Source of the DNA: an uncultured Candidatus Saccharibacteria bacterium
GTDB lineage: Bacteria > Patescibacteriota > Saccharimonadia > Saccharimonadales > CAZMXN01
DNA length: 64,000 bases
Assembly: GCA_964570275.1 (NCBI GenBank)
Contig: CAZMXN010000003.1
Location: forward strand, 33,165 to 97,164
Direction of reading: 5' to 3'
Positions 1 to 8,616 of this stretch are shown here, piece after piece (the first letter of the stretch is position 1; each line of letters starts with the position of its first letter). Below the pieces are notes generated by a model. The model worked only from the letters and a program-made list of their open reading frames with translations. It was not told the origin of the DNA and made no database searches. A program made the translations under genes and the position numbers.

Positions 1-5
1 CGGGG

Positions 6-2153
6 TTGAATCCGGAGCAGCGGCGGGCGGTTGAAACGACCGAAGGCCCGCTGCTGATTCAAGCCGGCGCCGGTTCGGGCAAGACCAAAACGCTGACTCA
101 CCGGATCGCCTATATCATTGCGACTGGCCGGGCAACACCGTATAACATCCTGGCGGTGACTTTCACCAACAAAGCCGCCCGCGAAATGCGCGAACGCGTG
201 GCAGCGCTGCTCGGCGAAAACGCCGAGAACCGCAGTTTTATGCCGTACATGGGCACTTTTCACTCGATTTGCGTGCGCCTGCTGCGCCAGGACGGCGAGC
301 ATATAGCCGTGCCGCGCAACTTCGTGATTTTTGACGAGGGCGACCGGCTGGCGGCCATCAAACAAGTCAGCAAAGAATTGATGATTGACGAAAAAGCCTT
401 CCCGCCGCGCGTCCTCGCCGGACTGATCAGCAGCGCCAAGAATGAGCTGATGGATCACGTCCATTATCAGGGCATGGCCAACAGCCCGGCCGAGCGCGAA
501 GCGGCCAGAGTATTTCCGCTTTATGAGCGGGTTTTAAAAGAGGCCGGCGCGCTGGATTTCGACGACCTGATCGGCAAAGCTGTTACTTTGCTTGAAACCA
601 ATCCGGCCATTCGCGAAAAATGGCAGAGCCAGTTCAAATACATCATGATTGACGAGTATCAGGACACCAACTCGGCCCAGTATAAGCTGGTCAAGCTGCT
701 GACCGGTCCAACCCGCAACATCGCGGTCGTCGGTGATGATTGGCAAAGCATTTACTCATGGCGCGGCGCTGATTTCCGCAATATCCTGAACTTTGAGCGC
801 GATTATCCCGGCTGCACGGTCATCAAGCTCGAGCAAAACTATCGCAGCACCAAAGCCATCCTGGACGCCGCTCATGCCATCATCACCAAGAACCAGCAGC
901 GGTCCGACAAGCAGCTCTGGACCGACACCGGGGGCGGTTTGCCGGTGCAAATGGTTCAGGTCGGCAGCGAGCGGGCCGAGGGCGAAGCCATCATCCGCCG
1001 CATCCGTAACGGAGTTGACTCCGGCTTGCGCCGCTACAATCACTTTGCTGTCCTGTACCGGACCAACGCTCAGAGCCGCTCACTGGAGGAGGCCCTGATC
1101 CGCTACGGCGTGCCGTACCGGATTGTCGGCGGCCAGCGCTTCTATGACCGCAAAGAGATCAAGGACATCATGGCCTATCTGCGCTTTATTTATCAGCCGG
1201 CCGACCGGGTCAGCTTCGAGCGCATCGTCAACGTGCCGACCCGTGGCGTCGGTGCCAAGTCGCTCAGCAATTTCTACGTTTGGCAGCAGGCCGCCGGTTT
1301 GGGGCTGTATGAAGGTTTAGGCCGGGCCTCCGAGTGCGATGCCATTACGCCCCGGGCCCGCAAGGGCTTGACGGATCTGTACCAGCTGGTCGCCGCTTCC
1401 CGGGAATTGCTCGAAACCACGCCGCTGCCGGCTCTGCTCGACTCGCTGATCCGCCGGATTGATTATTACGCCTACCTCAGCGACGGCACGCCGCAAGGCG
1501 AGTCGCGAACCGAGAACGTCCGTGAACTGCTCAGCGTGGCCCGGTCGTATCAGGAGATGGGTCTGGAGGGATTTTTGGAAGAGGTGTCGCTGATCAGCGA
1601 TCTCGATTCGGCTGAGTTTGGCGGCAACGCCGTCACCCTCATGACGCTGCACGCCGCCAAAGGTCTGGAGTTCCCGGTGGTCTTTATGACGGGCATGGAG
1701 GAGTCGATTTTTCCGCACTCGCGCGCGCTGTACGATGCCCACGAAATGGAGGAAGAGCGCCGGCTGTGCTACGTCGGCATGACCCGGGCCCGCGAAGAGC
1801 TGTACATGATTTACGCGTCCGGCCGGATGCTTTACGGCGGCTTGCAGCACAATCCGCCCAGCCGGTTCCTGAGCGAAATCGACAGTGAATTTGAGCAAAG
1901 CAGCGCCGAGTTCAGCGGTAGCGGCGGCTTGCTTGGCTTTGGGTCACCCGGGTTCGACCCGCCTAAATCCGCCCGGCCGACAAGCGACGAGCCCAGGTAC
2001 GCGCCGGACCTTAACGAAGGCGACGGCGTCAAACACCAGGTGTTCGGCGTCGGCACGGTGCTGGAGCTTGACGGTGACAATGCCGTCATCTACTTCAAGG
2101 GCAAAGGCACCAAAAAGCTCAATGTCAGCTTCGCACCGCTGGAAAAACTTTGA
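6..2153 (+). CDS. pcrA: ATP-dependent DNA helicase PcrA/UvrD (true start may lie upstream of the window)
   Basis: AGAGSGKT Walker A, TFTNKAA, DEYQD, VGDDWQSIYSWRGA, LEQNYRST, TLHAAKGLEF, EEERRLCYVGMTRA; C-terminal Tudor-like tail. Confidence 0.97.
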   Translation: MNPEQRRAVETTEGPLLIQAGAGSGKTKTLTHRIAYIIATGRATPYNILAVTFTNKAAREMRERVAALLGENAENRSFMPYMGTFHSICVRLLRQDGEHIAVPRNFVIFDEGDRLAAIKQVSKELMIDEKAFPPRVLAGLISSAKNELMDHVHYQGMANSPAEREAARVFPLYERVLKEAGALDFDDLIGKAVTLLETNPAIREKWQSQFKYIMIDEYQDTNSAQYKLVKLLTGPTRNIAVVGDDWQSIYSWRGADFRNILNFERDYPGCTVIKLEQNYRSTKAILDAAHAIITKNQQRSDKQLWTDTGGGLPVQMVQVGSERAEGEAIIRRIRNGVDSGLRRYNHFAVLYRTNAQSRSLEEALIRYGVPYRIVGGQRFYDRKEIKDIMAYLRFIYQPADRVSFERIVNVPTRGVGAKSLSNFYVWQQAAGLGLYEGLGRASECDAITPRARKGLTDLYQLVAASRELLETTPLPALLDSLIRRIDYYAYLSDGTPQGESRTENVRELLSVARSYQEMGLEGFLEEVSLISDLDSAEFGGNAVTLMTLHAAKGLEFPVVFMTGMEESIFPHSRALYDAHEMEEERRLCYVGMTRAREELYMIYASGRMLYGGLQHNPPSRFLSEIDSEFEQSSAEFSGSGGLLGFGSPGFDPPKSARPTSDEPRYAPDLNEGDGVKHQVFGVGTVLELDGDNAVIYFKGKGTKKLNVSFAPLEKL

Positions 2154-2238
2154 CCTATGCCTGAGACTAACGGCTGGCGACCTGTAAACCCGGCTCGTTA
2201 CCGGCCGGAACGATCTCTGTTGCTGTACAATAGGGACA

Positions 2239-2703
2239 GTGAAAAAGCTTTGGGTTAAATTCGGCGTGGCGGCGTTTTGGCTGAGTTGGCCGCTGTTATT
2301 CATTTATCTGTTTCGCAGCCGCCGGACCCGCATACTGGTGGTCTCCGGCAACAAGGTGCTGGTACTTAAGAACTGGCTGAGCAATGGCGGTTGGATTTTG
2401 CCGGGCGGGGGATTGCATGGCGGCGAGGAGCCGCGGGCCGGCGCGGCCCGGGAGTTGCTGGAGGAGACCGGCATCAAAATCGTCCCCGAACAGCTTAAGG
2501 AGCTCAACACCGGCCGCTTCACCCACGGCGGTCTGCGGTTTACTTATCACTCTTTCGTCGTTGAGCTGAGTGAATCGCTGCCGCCTAAACCCCAGCGTTT
2601 CGAAGTGGTGCTGGCCACCTGGATGGACTGGCGGGAGTTACTGGCCGACAAGCGAGTCTCGCCGGAAGCCCGCCAGATTCTGGAGAGCTGGTTTGCGGCT
2701 TGA
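2239..2703 (+). CDS. NUDIX hydrolase with hydrophobic N-terminus
   Basis: Nudix box PGGGLHGGEEPRAGAARELLEETG; TACAAT at 2226-2231 just upstream of the GTG. Confidence 0.9.
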   Translation: MKKLWVKFGVAAFWLSWPLLFIYLFRSRRTRILVVSGNKVLVLKNWLSNGGWILPGGGLHGGEEPRAGAARELLEETGIKIVPEQLKELNTGRFTHGGLRFTYHSFVVELSESLPPKPQRFEVVLATWMDWRELLADKRVSPEARQILESWFAA

Positions 2704-2764
2704 GCCCGCTGCTCTGTCATCAAGGTCAAAAATGAAGCGACACGCCCACTTAAACGTTCGACGA

Positions 2765-2773
2765 TGTTATAAT
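2765..2773 (+). promoter_or_regulatory. Extended -10 promoter (TGnTATAAT) for the G5-domain gene
   Basis: tgtTATAAT in an AT-rich intergenic region ~160 nt upstream of the ATG at 2932. Confidence 0.65.
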
Positions 2774-2778
2774 AAAGA

Positions 2779-2837
2779 GTTGTCCGGGAGGCGAAAGCTG
2801 CGATCTCAATACCTAGTAATAACCCGCCTTGGACAGC
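2779..2837 (+). promoter_or_regulatory. Structured 5' leader element (candidate cis-regulatory RNA)
   Basis: GTTGTCCGGG (2779-2788) pairs with CTTGGACAGC (2828-2837) using G-U wobbles; encloses GGC-GAAA-GCT tetraloop hairpin; begins at the predicted transcription start. Confidence 0.45.
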
Positions 2838-2931
2838 GAATATATGGCGATATGAACACCAGGCATAATTTTTCGGAATCTCCGCTCAAAAACGGCGGCC
2901 GGCAAGCACTGCTGGCAGGGAGGAGTTTGAT

Positions 2932-4173
2932 ATGAGCGCCAAGGGCCGGCAGGCGTCCAAGCGCAACTTTTTAGATCGGCTAAGGCCCCGGTTTGATTTC
3001 GCCTACCACCCCTTCGTTCTGCCGGTGGTGCTATTTTTTGCCCTGCTCATTTTAAGCAGCATGGCGTTCGTGCACTTGAGCGGCGAGACCATCGGCGCGG
3101 CCGACTCCCGCGTAGTCCGCTTTAGCCTGGACGGTGAAACCCGGTCGCTGCCGACCCGGGCGGCCACGGTCGGCGAGCTGCTGGAGCGCCTGGAAGTGGA
3201 GCTCACCGAACACGACATCGTCGAGCCGGCGCTGGACACACCGATTATCGAAAACGATTTTGTCGTCAACGTCTACAAAGCCAAGCCGGTTACGGTTATT
3301 GACGAGGAGAACAACCGGCGGGTGACACTGTTGTCGGCCCACCCGACACCCCGGCTGATCGCTGAAAACGCCGGGCTGAAGCTCTTCCCGGAGGATCGGG
3401 TCGAAGTGGAGTTGCCGGAAGACAATCTGAAAGAAGGCGTACTGGGTCCGCAAGTGGTGGTGGACCGGGCCGAGACCGTTTACGTCAACCTTTACGGCAA
3501 CCCCATAACGTTCAGAACCCACGCCAAAACGGTCCGGGAAGTGCTTGAGGAGAAAGACATCAAGCCCCTGCCGGACGACACCATTGAGCCGGACCTGGAC
3601 GTGGCGATCGGCCGCAACGCCCGCATCTTTGTCATTCCGGTCGGCAAAGAAATCATCAGCCGCGAAGAAGAAATACCGGCCCCGGTGGAGACGGTCAATG
3701 ATCCTAATCTGCCGATGGGGACAGTCGAGGTCAGGGAAGAAGGCTCGCCCGGCCGCCGGCTGGTCACCCGCATTGTCGATAAGGGTGATCCGGGGGACGT
3801 TTCGCAGACCATTCAGTCGGTTGTGGCCGTCGAGCCGGTCGCCAGAGTGGTGGTGCGCGGCACCAAGGTGGTTTACAGCAACCCGTCGGATAATGTCGAG
3901 TTAGGCCGGCAAATCGCCGCCGACTTAGGCTATTCTGACCAGTTCAGCTGCATCTACAATATATTCCAGCGCGAGTCCAAGTGGAGTCACACGGCTCACA
4001 ACCGCAGCTCCGGCGCTTACGGTATCCCGCAGGCACTGCCCGGCAGCAAGATGGGTCCGGGCTGGCAGCACGACGCGGCTGTCCAGATACGGTGGGGGAT
4101 CAACTACATGGTCAACCGCTACGGCAGCCCCTGCGCCGCCCAGCGCTTCTGGGAAGTCAACCACTGGTACTAA
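2932..4173 (+). CDS. RpfB/YabE-like cell-wall protein: TM, DUF348 repeats, G5 domain, C-terminal lytic transglycosylase-like domain
   Basis: TVGELL and TVREVL DUF348-like repeats; G5-like EEGSPG...VVRGTK; RESKW...GAYGIPQALPG...WGINYMVNRYG lysozyme-like motifs; SD AGGAG at 2921-2925. Confidence 0.88.
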   Translation: MSAKGRQASKRNFLDRLRPRFDFAYHPFVLPVVLFFALLILSSMAFVHLSGETIGAADSRVVRFSLDGETRSLPTRAATVGELLERLEVELTEHDIVEPALDTPIIENDFVVNVYKAKPVTVIDEENNRRVTLLSAHPTPRLIAENAGLKLFPEDRVEVELPEDNLKEGVLGPQVVVDRAETVYVNLYGNPITFRTHAKTVREVLEEKDIKPLPDDTIEPDLDVAIGRNARIFVIPVGKEIISREEEIPAPVETVNDPNLPMGTVEVREEGSPGRRLVTRIVDKGDPGDVSQTIQSVVAVEPVARVVVRGTKVVYSNPSDNVELGRQIAADLGYSDQFSCIYNIFQRESKWSHTAHNRSSGAYGIPQALPGSKMGPGWQHDAAVQIRWGINYMVNRYGSPCAAQRFWEVNHWY

Positions 4174-4261
4174 ACCCCGAAGCATTAACTGATCCGAATT
4201 ACCGCTTTTAAAGCGAGCTTTTTCGCGTTCCCATCGCCCCGGCTTTTGCTACACTGATTGT

Positions 4262-4684
4262 ATGATTACGCAGTTTGACGGCTATAACTACATCGTGCGG
4301 CTCGACAAAGGCGAGAAGCTGGTTGAGCAACTGACCCGTTTCGTCGTTGACAATCAGCTTACCGGCGGTTGGGTATTGGCCCTGGGCGGCCTCGCTTGGG
4401 CGGAGCTCGGCTTTTATGACCTGTCAGCTCAGCAGTATGAATGGCAGCGGCTGGACGAACTGCTGGAGTTGACCTCGCTGCAGGGCAACATCGCCTGGCA
4501 GGATGGCAAACCGGTACTGCATCTGCACGCTACGGTCAGTGATGCCTCGATGCATGCGCGGGGCGGGCACCTAAGAGAGGCCGAAGTTGCCGGCACGCTG
4601 GAGGTATTCGTTCATGTCTGGAACAAGGGCGAATTGAAGCGCGCCCCGGACGCCGAAGTCGGGTTGAGCACCCTGGATTTATGA
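4262..4684 (+). CDS. PPC/DUF296 domain protein
   Basis: RLDKGE, ELTSLQGNI, HLHATV, GGHL motifs. Confidence 0.9.
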   Translation: MITQFDGYNYIVRLDKGEKLVEQLTRFVVDNQLTGGWVLALGGLAWAELGFYDLSAQQYEWQRLDELLELTSLQGNIAWQDGKPVLHLHATVSDASMHARGGHLREAEVAGTLEVFVHVWNKGELKRAPDAEVGLSTLDL

Positions 4685-5514
4685 GCGAACTGCCTTGGGC
4701 GAAGAAGAGCCTGGGACAGCACTGGCTGGAAGATACGGCCACCCTGGTCGCCATGTGCGAAGCCGCCGAGTTGGGACCTAAGGACACGGTGCTGGAGATC
4801 GGACCGGGCGTCGGCACGCTGACCCGCGAGCTGGTGCAGCGGGCGGACAGAGTTATCGCCGTTGAGTTTGACGAATCGCTGGCAAAAACGCTGCCGCTGA
4901 CTGTGCAGGCAACCAATCTTGAAGTTGTCCACGCCGATATTTTAAGTTTTGACCTCTCAAAGCTGCCGCCGGGCTATAAAGTGGCCGCCAACATCCCCTA
5001 TTATCTGACCAGCAAGTTGCTGCGCCGCCTGAGCGAAGCGGCCAACCCGCCTGAGGTTATGGCGTTGTTGGTCCAAAAAGAGGTCGCTGAGCGGATTGCG
5101 GCGCTGCCCGGTGACCTGTCGCTGCTGGGTGTCAGCGTCCAGTATTTCTACGAAGCGGTGCTTGGGCCGGTGGTGCCGGCAATATTGTTTACGCCGCCGC
5201 CAAAGGTCGATTCCCAAATTGTCAAGCTGACCCGTCATCAAAAGCCGCTCTTCGCTGACGTCAACGAGCAGCTGTTTTTCCGTCTGGTCAAAGCCGGCTT
5301 CAGCGCCCGCCGCAAGAAACTGCGCAGTTCCTTAAGCGGCGGACTCGGCATCAGCAAAAAGGAAGCTGTGGGTCTGTTGGAAAAGGCCTACATCGACCCC
5401 GACCTGCGTGCCCAGGCGCTGTCACTGGAGCAGTGGTACATGCTCTATCAGCAGGCCAGGTTACTGGGCATTTTCGACCCGCCAACCGCGCTGCCAAGTA
5501 TTGACAAAACATAA
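4681..5514 (+). CDS. rsmA: 16S rRNA adenine dimethyltransferase RsmA/KsgA
   Basis: KKSLGQHWL, LEIGPGVG, ANIPYY, QKEVAERI, PPPKVDS. Confidence 0.97.
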   Translation: MSELPWAKKSLGQHWLEDTATLVAMCEAAELGPKDTVLEIGPGVGTLTRELVQRADRVIAVEFDESLAKTLPLTVQATNLEVVHADILSFDLSKLPPGYKVAANIPYYLTSKLLRRLSEAANPPEVMALLVQKEVAERIAALPGDLSLLGVSVQYFYEAVLGPVVPAILFTPPPKVDSQIVKLTRHQKPLFADVNEQLFFRLVKAGFSARRKKLRSSLSGGLGISKKEAVGLLEKAYIDPDLRAQALSLEQWYMLYQQARLLGIFDPPTALPSIDKT

Positions 5515-5530
5515 ACGCTTGTGCTATAGT
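5501..5530 (+). promoter_or_regulatory. Sigma70-type promoter upstream of ssrA
   Basis: TTGACA (5501-5506), 18-nt spacer, TGc-TATAGT (5525-5530); overlaps the end of rsmA. Confidence 0.7.
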
Positions 5531-5614
5531 AATGCTACGCCTCACGAGAGGCGTACAACCGTAATTAACAATTATTTCCGTCACTGTGACATTTGATATT
5601 GGTCAAGTATTACA

Positions 5615-6006
5615 GGGGCTGAAATTATGCTCGACGTTGTACCTTATCGGTTAGATCAGCAGGTCGCTTGTCAGCGTTATAGGCAAAAATTGTAAATGCA
5701 AACGTATTTACTCGCGTAAAGAACGCAGTTGCTAGTGCTTTTGCACTGCCTCAGCTTTCTTTCGCAACAGTTCGAGTTTAATTACTTCGAACCGCGCCTG
5801 ACAGGACATCAGATACTGCCATCGCGCGCCATATCATCTGGTTGCGTCTGGTAACCGATCCGTAGCCGGACTATAGACAAACGGATCAACCTGCAAAACC
5901 TTTTGGCCGTTTCATATGTTTTGCAGTAATTCAAACGACCTAAACCTGTAGACGACTAACCAAGATAAGACTTCGGACGCGGGGGCAGTACCCGCCAGCT
6001 CCACCA
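5615..6006 (+). ncRNA. ssrA: Transfer-messenger RNA (tmRNA)
   Basis: 5' GGGGCTG and 3' CAGCTCC-ACCA form an Ala acceptor stem with a G3:U pair; ...TCGAC D-loop remnant; T-arm GCGGG-GGCAGTA-CCCGC; resume context TAAAT-GCA and tag frame 5698-5781. Confidence 0.93.
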
Positions 6007-6051
6007 TTCTACTTCGCTAAAGCTTCGTAGAATTTTAGTTCAATATAATGT

Positions 6052-6086
6052 CCTCCATAGCTTCAGCACCGGAGGGCTTTTTTCTT
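6052..6086 (+). terminator. Probable intrinsic terminator after ssrA
   Basis: CCTCC...GGAGG stem followed by gcTTTTTTcTT; a second hairpin ATTCTAC...GTAGAAT lies at 6006-6033. Confidence 0.55.
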
Positions 6087-6108
6087 GGTTTATAGCCTGT
6101 AGACTAGA

Positions 6109-6161
6109 CATTCCAGGGTCGGACCCTGGAAATAGGGAAATTGTGGTGTAATAAGTTTTTG
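6109..6161. repeat. Direct repeat copy 1, containing the palindrome TTCCAGGGTC-G-GACCCTGGAA (REP-like)
   Basis: 53-bp segment matching 7414-7466 with 5 mismatches; first 25 bp identical. Confidence 0.9.
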
Positions 6162-6195
6162 AAGTTGGCTTGTCGGGGTTACATTGTGTCTTGGG

Positions 6196-6735
6196 TTAAA
6201 AAATCCGCCAGACGGCGAAACTGATGCTCAGGAGGACGACGACCGAGGCGACGATGTTAGCAGCCGGGATGAGGATATCGTCGCCGTTGATTCGCTTTTG
6301 TTCGAGCGACTTGTTGAGCAGCAGGCTGCCGAGCAGGGTTACCAGCACCACCAGGGCAAAAATGGCGAAAATCAAAGCACTATAGCGGTAAATAAACACG
6401 CGGGTTAGCTCAAAATCCTGCAGCCAGGCCAGAAACAGACTCAGTCCGGCGACACCGAGCGTATTAATTGGGACGACTAAAAGCAGTGTCAGGTAAAGTT
6501 TGCGTCTGGCTTCCGGCGAAGTTTCCGGATCGCTGAGGTGCGCCGTGATTATAGAAGCCAGGTCGCCGGACATGGCGCCCAAGACCGGCAAAGCCAATAG
6601 CAGTGGCGTGACTGGCAGCAGATCCTTATGAACATATTGCAACCAGATGCCGCCAATCAGTCCTATCGAAGCGCCAACCACACTGGTGCGGATTGAAGCA
6701 AGCACGCTGCCGTGAGGCATTGGCAGGTGTTTCAC
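6196..6735 (-). CDS. MgtE/SLC41-like integral membrane domain protein (TM-only), second gene of the pair
   Basis: About five hydrophobic segments; LPVLGAMSGDLAS and INGDDILIP resemble MgtE/SLC41 motifs; overlaps the upstream paralog by 4 nt. Confidence 0.6.
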   Translation of the reverse strand: MKHLPMPHGSVLASIRTSVVGASIGLIGGIWLQYVHKDLLPVTPLLLALPVLGAMSGDLASIITAHLSDPETSPEARRKLYLTLLLVVPINTLGVAGLSLFLAWLQDFELTRVFIYRYSALIFAIFALVVLVTLLGSLLLNKSLEQKRINGDDILIPAANIVASVVVLLSISFAVWRIF

Positions 6736-7370
6736 GACATTACCCGCGATACCAGCACAATGGCCACCAGCGTAAAGGTGTGGAAGATGGTTGTCTCAAT
6801 CGGCGGGGCTACGTCATCGGGGTTGGCCCGGAGTCGGCGGGCCAGGAACATAACGCCTGTCATGAACGGAAAGCCGACCAGACCGGTTATCCCGCCGACG
6901 GCCACAGCCAGGGTTAACGTGCGGAGAAAGCCGGCCTCGAACAGGAACACGCCGATTATACCGGCCAGGCTACCAATGCAGGCGCTGGCGGCGAGCGCTA
7001 CGATCAGAGATTTCAAGACCGCCAGACACACGGCTTTGATTTTTGAACCTTCGATAGTATCAATCTCATGATGCAGGCTGGCCGTTAAGACGGCAGCGCT
7101 GGATGACAGCAGCTCGGCCAGCACCGGATAGAGCAGGAAGGTCGTGCCGACCAGCAGCAGGGCGGATTGATTCTGGCTGATATAGACACCAACGCCCATG
7201 GTAATAACCAGCGTAAATAACTGCCCCAGCATGATCTGTTTGGGGCTGACGTCGTGCAGCCGGCGTTTTTGAGCGTACAGGGTGCGCCAGTACGCGCTCC
7301 AGCTCTCGACATGGCTCAGCGGCACTTTGTCAATGTTAGTAATATCAGTAGTGTCTGTGTTAACCGGCAT
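6732..7370 (-). CDS. MgtE/SLC41-like integral membrane domain protein (TM-only), first gene of the pair
   Basis: About five hydrophobic segments; NPDDVAPPIETT resembles the MgtE DPAxxSxPxxTT and SLC41 NPDNxxxPI motifs. Confidence 0.65.
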   Translation of the reverse strand: MPVNTDTTDITNIDKVPLSHVESWSAYWRTLYAQKRRLHDVSPKQIMLGQLFTLVITMGVGVYISQNQSALLLVGTTFLLYPVLAELLSSSAAVLTASLHHEIDTIEGSKIKAVCLAVLKSLIVALAASACIGSLAGIIGVFLFEAGFLRTLTLAVAVGGITGLVGFPFMTGVMFLARRLRANPDDVAPPIETTIFHTFTLVAIVLVSRVMS

Positions 7371-7413
7371 AAATTTTGTCTTATCATACCACCCCCTCCC
7401 CTCCTACAGAAAC

Positions 7414-7466
7414 CATTCCAGGGTCGGACCCTGGAAATGAGGAAAATGTGGTGTAGTAGGTTTTTG
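7414..7466. repeat. Direct repeat copy 2, containing the same palindrome
   Basis: cattccagggtcggaccctggaaat is identical to 6109-6133 and is followed by near-identical sequence. Confidence 0.9.
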
Positions 7467-7519
7467 TGGAGGCTTGGCAGGGCGTTGTTCGGGGTTTATA
7501 TTTTGAGTTGTTGATTTGT

Positions 7520-7608
7520 TATCTTGCCTGGGGGTGACTATTTGCCTAGGGGCGTATATTTGTCTGGGAGGTATATTTGTCTGGGGTTTGTATTTCGCTT
7601 AGGGTTTA
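7520..7608. repeat. Degenerate tandem repeat, five units of 17-19 bp (tatttgYctRggg...)
   Basis: tatcttgcctgggggtgac / tatttgcctaggggcgta / tatttgtctgggaggta / tatttgtctggggtttg / tatttcgcttagggttta. Confidence 0.75.
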
Positions 7609-7653
7609 CTTTTCAGCGGGGGCGGGTCAAAATCAATAGCATTATGCAGGGTA

Positions 7654-8415
7654 ATGTCAAAGAGGGAGCAAATGAGCAGTAAAGGCCGACTTAACCTAAG
7701 TCTTGATTTTCGGTTAATAACTATAATTCTGTTGGTTGTGATCGCGGCCATGCTGGCCCTGTGGCGGCCGTGGTCGGATGGCGGTGTTTCCGACCGCACT
7801 ATTGAGGTTACGGGTGAAGCGACGGTGTCCGCCGTGCCGGACGAGTATGTCTTTTATCCGGTGTATCAGTTCCGGCATGAGGATCAGCAGGCGGCGATTG
7901 ATGAGATGAGCGCCAAAAGCGACGAGCTGGTGGCTGACCTTGAGGAGCTGGGCGTAAGCGAAAACCAGATCAAGACTTCGGCTAACGGCTACGACCGGGG
8001 CGTGACGTTTCCGGAAGCAGACGGCGATACGCGCACTACCTACACGCTGACACTGACCGTTACGGTTAGTGATTCCGAGATGGCGCAGAAGGTTCAGGAC
8101 TATCTGACCGGCACCGGACCGACCGGCGCAGTCTCACCCCAGGCAACATTCAGCGATGACCGGCGCAAAGAGCTGGAGGCGCAGGCCCGGGACGAGGCGA
8201 CCAAAGACGCCCGCGCCAAGGCTGACCAGTCGGCCGCTAATCTTGGCTTTAAAGTCGGCAGCGTTAAGTCGGTAACCGACGGCGCCGGTTTCGGTGGCGT
8301 CCAACCGCTGATCGGCCGGGCCGAAATCGCCAGCGATTCATCGGCTCGCCTTGAGGTACGTCCCGGCGAGCAGGAGCTGAACTACACGGTTACCGTGACT
8401 TACTACGTTCGATAA
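7654..8415 (+). CDS. SIMPL/DUF541 domain protein
   Basis: N-terminal TM; TIEVTGEATVSAVPD, ATKDARAKA, PGEQELNYTVTVTY. Confidence 0.9.
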   Translation: MSKREQMSSKGRLNLSLDFRLITIILLVVIAAMLALWRPWSDGGVSDRTIEVTGEATVSAVPDEYVFYPVYQFRHEDQQAAIDEMSAKSDELVADLEELGVSENQIKTSANGYDRGVTFPEADGDTRTTYTLTLTVTVSDSEMAQKVQDYLTGTGPTGAVSPQATFSDDRRKELEAQARDEATKDARAKADQSAANLGFKVGSVKSVTDGAGFGGVQPLIGRAEIASDSSARLEVRPGEQELNYTVTVTYYVR

Positions 8416-8575
8416 GCAGCTGATACGGGTCATCCGGCAATGGCGTTTCCTCATAACCGCCCTGCAGGGCGATGTGGCCGGCCGGAATAGTCAGCCGGTT
8501 GGCGGCTTCCTGAGTGGCGGGCGGCCGCGGCCCGGTGTCAAAATCGGGGTTAGTACTTCGAGGTGATTCATCCAT
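8390..8575 (-). CDS. Possible small hypothetical protein
   Basis: 61-aa ORF downstream of rarA on the same strand, preceded by an AT-rich segment; no motif. Confidence 0.3.
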   Translation of the reverse strand: MDESPRSTNPDFDTGPRPPATQEAANRLTIPAGHIALQGGYEETPLPDDPYQLLIERSKSR

Positions 8576-8616
8576 AACGCGCTGCTCTACATTCCTAAGT
8601 TATATAATAGCAAGAT

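Noticed and set aside
2779-2931. c-di-AMP (ydaO) or c-di-GMP riboswitch
   Set aside because: Their conserved sequence blocks are not recognisable; kept only as an unknown structured leader
5970-6006. tRNA gene
   Set aside because: The T-arm and CCA belong to the tRNA-like domain of tmRNA; no anticodon arm. No tRNA or rRNA genes were recognised in the window
6007-7600. Integrase-type genomic island at ssrA
   Set aside because: No integrase and no duplicate of the ssrA 3' end seen in the window; only the palindromic direct repeats are supported
7520-7608. CRISPR array
   Set aside because: Units are short, degenerate and contiguous with no spacers; no cas genes in the window
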